Shown: piece after piece, positions 9,720 to 18,400 of the stretch
Position numbering within the stretch: the stretch's first letter is position 1
Layout of the letters: the number at the start of each line of letters is the position of its first letter
The notes under the pieces: generated by a model
Database searches by the model: none
The model's input: only the letters and a program-made list of their open reading frames with translations
Told to the model about the DNA's origin: nothing
Program-made: the position numbers and the translations under genes
Origin: Flavobacteriales bacterium
Lineage (GTDB): Bacteria; Bacteroidota; Bacteroidia; Flavobacteriales_C; GCA-002722245
Direction of reading: 5' to 3'
Length of the DNA stretch: 64,000 nt
Assembly (NCBI GenBank): GCA_947444925.1
Contig: CANFBW010000001.1
Span: forward strand, 29,823 to 93,822

Positions 9720-10217
9720 ATGAAAAAGGAAGTGTTTTTATTGTTGGGAAGTGATATGGGTGACCGGTTGAGTAATTTGTCGCAGGCACGAGATTTTATA
9801 TGTGCTGCGGTTGGAGCGTTACTTGAGCAATCGCCTATATACGAAACAGAAGCTTGGGGTTTTGCAAGTGAGGCGCTATTTTTAAATCAGGTGTTGAGGG
9901 TAGAGAGCGACTTGTCGGCTTTTGATTTGTTAGAGTTATTGAAACAAATTGAGTTGCGGATGGGGCGTTTGCCATCGTTGCTGGAGGGTTATGTTTCTCG
10001 GGCAATAGATATTGATATTTTGTTTTATGGAAACGAATTGATCGACAGTGAGCACTTGACAATTCCTCATTCAAAGTTACATGAAAGGCGATTTGCCTTG
10101 CTTCCTATGGTGGATATAGCATCTGATATGTATCACCCACTGCTTAAAAAATCATTGATTCAGTTGTTAAATGAATGTCAAGACACCTTGAATGTCAGGT
10201 TATTTGTTGAAAAATAA
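9720..10217 (+). CDS. folK: 2-amino-4-hydroxy-6-hydroxymethyldihydropteridine diphosphokinase (HPPK)
   Basis: YETEAWG, IDIDILFYG and LTIPH align with the E. coli FolK motifs YRTPPLG, LDLDIMLFG and LTVPH. Confidence 0.85.
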   Translation: MKKEVFLLLGSDMGDRLSNLSQARDFICAAVGALLEQSPIYETEAWGFASEALFLNQVLRVESDLSAFDLLELLKQIELRMGRLPSLLEGYVSRAIDIDILFYGNELIDSEHLTIPHSKLHERRFALLPMVDIASDMYHPLLKKSLIQLLNECQDTLNVRLFVEK

Positions 10218-10293
10218 ACGCGAATGTTTTGTGGAAAAAAAAACATTCTTTATAATTGCATCAAATTAACAGGAATACTAAATTATTCAAACC

Positions 10294-11730
10294 ATGAAAT
10301 TTAAATCACAATTAGTTGTAGGCTTAGCACTTGTTACCGGCCTAAACACAGTGTCGGCTCAGGTTGACACAACGAAAAAATCTTCTTTCTTAGACAGATT
10401 AACTATCGGTGTGAACGGGGGAGCAATCTTGACATACACAGATATAAAGCAGTACTACGTTGGTTTGGCTTCACAGTTCCATTCTGAGTTAGGCGGTGGT
10501 TTGGGAATCAATACCACGTATGCATTTAATTCTGTTTTTGGAATTCAAGGACAGTTTAACGGTGGAAACGTACATGGTTCAAACAGAGATGTAGATAAAA
10601 AGTATTTCGATGGAGATTTTTATGAAGGGTCGCTTAATCTTCATGTGAATTTGAACAACCTTTTATTTCCTGCAAGAATCAATAAAACTAAGTTTTCTAC
10701 TTATGGTTATGTTGGTTTGGGATGGAATACCTTCAGATGTGTATTGAGAAATCTTGCTGGTGATGGTGTAGTTTACTACCAAGGCTATAACAGTCCAACA
10801 TTATCTTTGGATAAAAGAACCACAGAATGGGTAATGCCTTTGGGCCTTGGTATTAAGTACCAAGCTACTGAGCATATTGCTTTGTCTATTGAAACAAGTT
10901 TCAGATTTATGAATTCTGATAAATTGGATGCTACTAAAGTTCACAATAGCTCAAACGATTTTTACCAATATTCTAATTTTGGTGTTAGCTATAATTTTGG
11001 TGCTAAAAAACAAGTTACAGATGTTTCTCAGTTGGCTGATAAAATTGCTACTGTATCTGAAATGATTGATGGATTTGGTGACAAAGACGCCGACGGTGTT
11101 GCTGATAAATATGACAAAGACAATAACACTGTTGCGGGTGCTAAAACATACGGTGATGGTACAGCTATGGATACTGATGGTGACGGTGTACCTGATTATA
11201 TGGACCAAGAGAAATTCTCTGCAAATGGTGCAAAAGTAAGTGGAAACGGTGTTGAAGTGGATGCTGACGGTGACGGTGTAGGAGACAGCAGAGACTTAGA
11301 GCCTAATACTGCTAAAGGTGCTCAAGTGGATGCTAAAGGTGTTACTATCCAAACAGGTGGTCCAATGGTAGCTTCTAAAACTGACGCTGCAGGATACCAA
11401 CCTTCAGGTTTGCCATCTATCTACTTCCAAATGAACTCTTCAGTAGTAGAATACAACAACTACCCTGGTATGACCACAATTGCTCAAGCTTTGAAAGCTA
11501 ACGCTAAATTGAAACTGGTTGTAGTTGGACATGCTGACAACGTTGGATCTGCTGAGTACAACAAAAAACTTGCTTTGAAACGTTCTGAAGCAGTTGTTTC
11601 GCACTTAGTGAAAGTGTACGGAATTGACAAAGCAAGATTGTCTACTGACTCTAAAGGTAGTGGTGACGTCCTTACAAAAGGAAAAGGCTCTATCGTTGAC
11701 AGAAGAGTTGACTTCTTGATCGGTAAATAG
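10294..11730 (+). CDS. OmpA-family outer membrane protein with thrombospondin type-3 Ca-binding repeats
   Basis: Signal peptide, then a beta-barrel-like N-terminal region. Repeated DxDxDGVxD motifs follow (DKDADGVADKYD, DTDGDGVPDYMD, DADGDGVGDSRD). The C-terminal OmpA peptidoglycan-binding domain reads VVGHADNVGSAEYNKKLALKRSEAV. Confidence 0.8.
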   Translation: MKFKSQLVVGLALVTGLNTVSAQVDTTKKSSFLDRLTIGVNGGAILTYTDIKQYYVGLASQFHSELGGGLGINTTYAFNSVFGIQGQFNGGNVHGSNRDVDKKYFDGDFYEGSLNLHVNLNNLLFPARINKTKFSTYGYVGLGWNTFRCVLRNLAGDGVVYYQGYNSPTLSLDKRTTEWVMPLGLGIKYQATEHIALSIETSFRFMNSDKLDATKVHNSSNDFYQYSNFGVSYNFGAKKQVTDVSQLADKIATVSEMIDGFGDKDADGVADKYDKDNNTVAGAKTYGDGTAMDTDGDGVPDYMDQEKFSANGAKVSGNGVEVDADGDGVGDSRDLEPNTAKGAQVDAKGVTIQTGGPMVASKTDAAGYQPSGLPSIYFQMNSSVVEYNNYPGMTTIAQALKANAKLKLVVVGHADNVGSAEYNKKLALKRSEAVVSHLVKVYGIDKARLSTDSKGSGDVLTKGKGSIVDRRVDFLIGK

Positions 11731-11752
11731 TACAACTGAATAATTTTAAAAG

Positions 11753-11784
11753 GACACCCTTGGGAAACCAAGGGTGTTTTTTTT
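11753..11784 (+). terminator. Rho-independent terminator after the OmpA-family gene
   Basis: Hairpin acaccc-ttgggaaaccaa-gggtgt followed by T8. Confidence 0.6.
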
Positions 11785-12064
11785 ATGTCAAATTTCCAGT
11801 GAGTATTTAATAATGCGAGCCCTTGTGGGTAATTGCAATTGAACAAGAATGAAGAGATGTGTTGTCGAGTAAAATGCACTTCCAATAATAGATATTGGGG
11901 CAGTCAGTAAATGCATCAACGTGGCGTTGCATTGCGCAAATTATATGGAAAGTAATTGCATGAAATGCGCACGCATTGTGTAGGGCGCTGTTGAATGGCA
12001 CGCAGAATAATGCGTGTAATTGTTTTGGTTCTTTTTGGACTAAACTATGCTTGAAGAGATGGTT

Positions 12065-12598
12065 TTAGCGTTGGTTCATCTTAACAAAGAGATCCCAAAT
12101 GATAATGCCTGCGCATACAGAAACATTGAGAGAATGTTTGGTGCCTAATTGCGGTACTTCAATACAATAATCGCTTTCGTGTATTATTTCTTGACTGACG
12201 CCTTCTACTTCGTTTCCTAGCACGACTGCGTATTTTTCTCCTGTGTTAGGTTGAAAGTCTTGCAGGAAAGTTGGATTTTCTACTTGTTCAATAGAGATAA
12301 TTTTATAGCCTTTGTTTTTTAATTCGCTAAGCGCTGCGATAGGGTCTTCAAAATGCTTCCAGTGCACCGATTCAGTTGCGCCCAAGGCTGTTTTTTGAAT
12401 TTCGCGGTGAGGAGGTGTTGCAGTGATGCCGCACAAGTAAATACCTTCTAACAGAAAGGCGTCGGCAGTGCGGAATATGGCTCCAACATTGTTTAGGCTG
12501 CGCACGTTGTCGAGTACCAAGATCAATGGCGTCTTCTCTGCTTTTTTGAATTCGTCCACCGACATGCGGTTCAATTCGTCCATTGAAAGTTTTTTCAT
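12065..12598 (-). CDS. TrmH/SpoU-family RNA 2'-O-methyltransferase
   Basis: SpoU_sub_bind-like N-terminus, followed by NVGAIFRTADAF and the VLGNEVEGVS motifs. Confidence 0.85.
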   Translation of the reverse strand: MKKLSMDELNRMSVDEFKKAEKTPLILVLDNVRSLNNVGAIFRTADAFLLEGIYLCGITATPPHREIQKTALGATESVHWKHFEDPIAALSELKNKGYKIISIEQVENPTFLQDFQPNTGEKYAVVLGNEVEGVSQEIIHESDYCIEVPQLGTKHSLNVSVCAGIIIWDLFVKMNQR

Positions 12599-12689
12599 GT
12601 GCAGCGCGTATTGTTTTTAAATAGTGAAAAATGTTAATATATAGTGGCTTCCAAATCCTGCATTCCAGTGGTACTTTGCTAAATTTACT

Positions 12690-15323
12690 TTGAAAAAAAA
12701 GTATATTTTGAGCGAGCAGCCGAGCAAAGATAAAAATGAAACGCCATTAATGAAGCAATACAATGGCGTGAAGGAAAAGTATCCTGACGCCTTGGTGTTG
12801 TTTCGTGTTGGAGATTTCTATGAGACTTTTGGTGAAGATGCTGTAAAGACTTCTAAAATATTAGGTATTGTATTGACCAAGCGATCCAATGGAACCGCTT
12901 CTGAAGTGGCATTGGCAGGGTTTCCGTACCATTCCTTAGAGACGTATTTGCCTAAATTGGTAAAAGCCGGTCAGCGTGTAGCTGTGTGTGATCAATTGGA
13001 AGATCCTAAAATGACCAAGAATATTGTCAAACGTGGTGTTACCGAGGTGGTAACACCAGGTGTGGCGATCAGCGATAGGGTGTTGGAGCATAAAAGCAAT
13101 AACTATTTAGCGAGTGTTTACATAGAAAAAACTAGAGCTGGATTGGCTTTGGTTGATATTAGCACAGGTGAATTTTATGTGACGGAGGGAGAGTTTGGAT
13201 TTATCTCGAAAACATTAAATAGTTTTTTGCCCAAAGAAGTGCTCTTTCAAAAAAATAAGATAGAACGCTTTACTGAGTTGTTTGGTGGTCGCTATTATAC
13301 CTATGGATTGGAAGATTGGGTGTACAGCGCAGATTATGCAAAGGAGCAAATTCAAAAGCAATTTGAAACCGATAGTTTGAAAGGGTATGGCATCGACAAA
13401 GAACCTTTGTCGGTTATTGCCGCTGGCGCCATATTGCATTACTTGCATTACAACCAGCAGGATAAATTGGCGCACATCAACAAGATTGCAAAGATTGTAA
13501 GCGATGATTATGTGTGGCTTGATCCATTCACGATTCGCAATTTAGAATTGGTGTATTCGCCAAATCCTGGCGCTATCACTTTGCTTGATGTGATTGATCA
13601 AACCCTCACCCCAATGGGTGGTCGGATGTTGCGCAAATGGATGGTGTTGCCATTGAAAGACAAAGATAAAATCAATTACCGACATGCATTGGTTGGACAT
13701 TTGATTGAACATAAAAGCGTCAGTGCAGAAATAAGAAAAGTGCTCCACAATATTTCGGATCTTGAACGCATTGCCTCGAAAATAGCAATGGTTCGTGTTT
13801 CTCCCCGTGAAATGTTGCATTTGAAGTTTTCTTTGCGCTGCATCGAAGAATTAAAGCAACACAACACATCAGCGAATACTGAGTTTAAAATACTGCTCGA
13901 TGAAATGCAAGTGCTCTTGCCTTTTGTAGAGAAAATTGAAAAAATATTGTATGCCGATGCACCCGCTGTAATCGGTAAGGGACGCTTGATTGCCGATGGT
14001 GTTCATGCAGAATTGGATGAGTATCGAAAGTTGTCTACGGATTCGAAAAACTATTTGCTCGACATTCAAAAGAGAGAAATTGACAGTACCGGAATTTCTT
14101 CTTTGAAAATTGCATTCAACAATGTTTTTGGCTACTATATTGAAGTGCGCAATACACACAAAGATAAGGTGCCCGATACTTGGATACGCAAGCAAACACT
14201 GGTGAATGCTGAGCGGTACATCACCGAGGAATTAAAGGTGTTCGAAACAAAAATTTTGCAGGCCGAAGACAAGATCAATGAAATTGAATTTGCGCTTTTT
14301 TCTGGCTTGGTATCCGAAGCTGCTGACCACATCGCGGCGCTTCAAAAAAATTCCGCTTTGATTGCCACACTTGATTGTTTGGCTGGTTTCGCCAAGCAGG
14401 CAGTGGAGTTTGATTACGTGCGGCCAGAGGTAGATGATTCGTTGGTGATAGACATCAAACTTGGTCGCCATCCTGTGATTGAGAAAAATTTGGCAGTGGG
14501 TGTAAAATATGTGCCTAACGATATTTATCTCGATGAAAAAGAGCAGCAAATCATTATGGTTACTGGTCCCAATATGTCGGGTAAATCGGCGTTGTTGCGA
14601 CAAACAGCATTGATTGTTTTGATGGCACAAATTGGCTCATACGTGCCAGCGAAAAAAGTGCGTATGGGCGTTGTTGACAAGGTGTTCACGCGTGTGGGCG
14701 CATCCGACAATATTTCCACCGGCGAATCTACTTTTATGGTGGAGATGAATGAAACGGCAAATATTTTAAATAATTTATCGGAACGATCTTTGATTTTATT
14801 AGATGAAATTGGCCGCGGTACAAGCACCTACGATGGTATTTCTATTGCGTGGTCGATTGCCGAATACATCCATCAATATCCATTGTTTAAACCTAAAACG
14901 TTGTTTGCTACACATTACCACGAGCTGAATGAAATGACGAATATTTTTCCGCGCGTTAAAAACTTTAATGTGTCGGTAAAAGAGATTGAGGGCAAAATAA
15001 TTTTCTTGCGAAAACTCGCTGCTGGTGGCAGTGAACATAGTTTTGGTATTCACGTGGCGAAATTGGCGGGACTGCCAAAATTGGTGATTGCAAATGCAAA
15101 TACGGTGTTGGAACGTTTAGAGAAACAGCGTGAAGGCGGCAATGATTTACGCGAAAAAATTAAACCAGAAGCGACTTCTGGAATGCAGTTGAGTTTTATT
15201 CAACTCGACGATCCGGTGCTGCAAGAAATTCGAGAAGATTTAACCCGTTTGAATATCAATACACTTACACCTGTGGAGGCATTGATGAAATTGAGTGAAA
15301 TAAAAAAACGATTGGGTGACTAA
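12690..15323 (+). CDS. mutS: DNA mismatch repair protein MutS
   Basis: TPLMKQY...FRVGDFYETFGEDA N-terminal domain. Walker A GPNMSGKS. The start is TTG at 12690; an alternative in-frame ATG (MKQY) lies at 12753. Confidence 0.9.
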   Translation: MKKKYILSEQPSKDKNETPLMKQYNGVKEKYPDALVLFRVGDFYETFGEDAVKTSKILGIVLTKRSNGTASEVALAGFPYHSLETYLPKLVKAGQRVAVCDQLEDPKMTKNIVKRGVTEVVTPGVAISDRVLEHKSNNYLASVYIEKTRAGLALVDISTGEFYVTEGEFGFISKTLNSFLPKEVLFQKNKIERFTELFGGRYYTYGLEDWVYSADYAKEQIQKQFETDSLKGYGIDKEPLSVIAAGAILHYLHYNQQDKLAHINKIAKIVSDDYVWLDPFTIRNLELVYSPNPGAITLLDVIDQTLTPMGGRMLRKWMVLPLKDKDKINYRHALVGHLIEHKSVSAEIRKVLHNISDLERIASKIAMVRVSPREMLHLKFSLRCIEELKQHNTSANTEFKILLDEMQVLLPFVEKIEKILYADAPAVIGKGRLIADGVHAELDEYRKLSTDSKNYLLDIQKREIDSTGISSLKIAFNNVFGYYIEVRNTHKDKVPDTWIRKQTLVNAERYITEELKVFETKILQAEDKINEIEFALFSGLVSEAADHIAALQKNSALIATLDCLAGFAKQAVEFDYVRPEVDDSLVIDIKLGRHPVIEKNLAVGVKYVPNDIYLDEKEQQIIMVTGPNMSGKSALLRQTALIVLMAQIGSYVPAKKVRMGVVDKVFTRVGASDNISTGESTFMVEMNETANILNNLSERSLILLDEIGRGTSTYDGISIAWSIAEYIHQYPLFKPKTLFATHYHELNEMTNIFPRVKNFNVSVKEIEGKIIFLRKLAAGGSEHSFGIHVAKLAGLPKLVIANANTVLERLEKQREGGNDLREKIKPEATSGMQLSFIQLDDPVLQEIREDLTRLNINTLTPVEALMKLSEIKKRLGD

Positions 15324-15413
15324 TTCAGTCTGTTTTTTTCTGCCTTTCATCGATTTAAGGTTGACTCGCTTTACAATTCTCCTTATCTTCGACCAATATT
15401 AAAAATCAGGGGT

Positions 15414-18400
15414 ATGAGTGAGAGAATTAGGGCGGTTTGTGAAGGTTTCATGAGGAAGAGTTGTGTTCTAAAGGCAGTTGCTTTTTTATGTTTGTCTTTT
15501 CCATCTTTTTCTCAAACAAACTTCACCTGGTCGGCCACTGCAGCTTCTTCCAATTGGAATACCAGTGCCAACTGGAGTCCGAATGGAACACCACTTTCCA
15601 CCGATAACGTAGTTATTGTAAATTCAGCCAATATTCCTGTATTGCCTGGAAATTCTTCGGTCAACAATTTCACCATGACTTCCGGAAGTATTGATTTGGG
15701 AGCCAATACCCTCACGATTAACGGTACAGCAATTTTTACGGCAGGAACGCTCAACAACGGAACCATAGCCCCAAGTGGTTCGGCAGTTACTTGTACTGCA
15801 AGTACTTTCAATACTACTGTTAATGCAGTATGCGCTGCGGTGACTTTGAACGGCGGCACATTTAACGCTGTTACTACAATTGAAAAAACAGGTGCTTCAA
15901 ACAATACCGGTAATGGAGGTTGTACTTTCAATGCTGCCACAAATATCATAAACAGCGGCACTACTATACTGCGCATGGCCAATACTACTGCCGATATTTA
16001 CAATCAAAATGTGACCTTCACCAACACGGGTTCTAGTTATATTGATGTGGGTTATGGAGCAGGAACAACGCAGTTGAACGGAGATGTGTATGTGAATTCA
16101 ACTTCGGGTACCGGGGTGCGTTTCGGACAAGGATCGGGATTGGTGAATTTAGCTTCAGGAAAAACAGTGAATGTTGGAGGTACAGGATTTTCTGCCGGTG
16201 CGCTATACTTTAGAAACTTTACACAAACAGGATCAACAGCACAAAGTCTGGATTTCACAGGAACTGCAATATTGTATTTTCAATCAGGATCTACATTCAA
16301 TGCTAATATCAGCATGGTGGCTCCCCAAATTTATTTGAACGGAACTACTTTCAACGGTACGGTCTCTTTAGAAAAAAACGGAGCTACTAACAATGCAGGT
16401 ACGGGAGGAAATGCATTTAATGCAGCAACTACTCTGGCCTTGAGCGGAAGTGGATATTTCATGACGGGTAACGGAAATGCCGATGTTTTTTCTGCGCCGC
16501 TGACTTTAAATAATACCGGAACTGCAATTATTCATATTGCTTATGCTACGGCTACAGCAACCATTAGTGATAATATTGTAGTGACTTCCGCATCTTCGGG
16601 AGGTGTTGCTTTCGGAAGCAATGGCGGTGCAGTAAATTTCGCGTCAGGAAAAACGATCACCGTTGGAGGTGCAGGATTTTCAGGTTCGGGAACATTGTTG
16701 CTTAAAAACTTTACTCAAAACGGATCCACTGCTCAAACTCTTACCCTTACAGGAACATCAGTATTAACTATTGGTTCGGGATCAACTTTTAATGGAAATG
16801 TAAATTTCATCTCGCCACAAATTTATTTGAATGGTTGCACTTACAATGGTACTGTGACTATGGAAAAAACAGGAGCAACAAACAATGCTTGTACTGGTAA
16901 TAATACTTTTAATGGAGTAGTATCATTTATAAATAGTGGTTCGGGAAATTTGCGTTTGGCAAATACCAATGGTGATGTTTTCAATCAAACACTTACTTTA
17001 ACCAATATCGGCAGAAGTTATATTGATATCGCCTACGGTGCAGTAGCAGGAAGTTCTTTGAATGAAAATGTAATAGTGAATTCAACAGGAGGAACGGGGA
17101 TTCGTTTCGGGCAGGGGGCAGGAACAGTAACCCTGGCTGCGGGAAAGACAGTAACGGTGGGCGGAACAGGATATAGTGCCGGGGATTTGAAATTCAGAAA
17201 TTTTACGCAAACAGGAGCTACCGCTCAGAGCTTTACTTTAACAGGAACTGCTATTATTTATTTTGAAACCGGAGCCACTTTCAATGGAGCTGTAACAGCT
17301 TTGGCTCCTCAGATTTATTTAAACGGAACAACTTTTAACGGGACGACTTATATTGAAAAGACAGGTGCAACAGGGAATACAGGCTTGGGAGGAAATACTT
17401 TTAACGGAGTAACTATTTTGAAAAACAGCGGAACTGCCAACATGATTTCGGGAAATACTACTGCCGACACTTACAACAACGATCTTACTTTAACGGCCGC
17501 CAACACGGGTTCCATTTATCTCGCCTATGTTTCTGCAGGAACTGTTTTCAATGGAAATATTGTTGTGAATTCAGCTTCATCGGGAGCGATTTATTTAGGA
17601 AATGGTGCTTCTTGCAGCTCTACTCTGGCGTCGGGAAAAACGGTAACAATAGGAGGAAGCGGATTTTCAGGATCGGGAGTTTTGCAATTTAAAAACTTTA
17701 CGCAAACAGGAGCAACTGCTCAAGCACTAACATTAACAGGGACTTCAACGCTGAGCTTACTCGCAGGAAATACTTTCAATGGCAATGTTACTTTTATTGC
17801 GCCTCAGGTTTTATTGAGCGGAACAACCTACAACGGCACAGTGAGCATTGAAAAAAATGGTGCAACGAATAATGCCGGCGTTGGTGGAAATACTTTTAAC
17901 AATACAACTTCATTGACTTTAAGTGGTTCAGGTTATTTCATGAGTGGCAGCGGAAATGCAGATGCTTTCAATGGAGTTTTAACAGTCACGAATGCGGGAA
18001 CAGCCAATATTCATTTGGCTTACGCAACTGCACCGGCTTCATTCAACGAGAACATTGTAGTGAATGCTACTAACATCGGAGGAATTTATTTTGGAAACAA
18101 TGGAGGGTCATCTACGTTGGCATCGGGAAAAACAATAACAATAGGCGGTTCAGGATTTTCTTCTTCAGCACTTTTGGTTTTGAAAAACTTTACACAAACA
18201 GGATCCACTGCTCAATCATTAACACTTACAGGAACAGCTACTTTAACCATTGGTGCTGGTACTACCTTTAATGGTAATGTTGATTTTACAGCGCCAATCA
18301 TTTTGATCAACGGTTGCACGTACAATGGAACAGCTGCATTTAATCGAACAGGTGCAGGAACCAATCAAAGCAGCGGTGGAAATACTTTCAATGCGGCGGT

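Noticed and set aside
13215-15053. A chain of antisense ORFs inside mutS.
   Set aside because: mutS is intact and strongly conserved on the plus strand. The antisense frames have no motifs.
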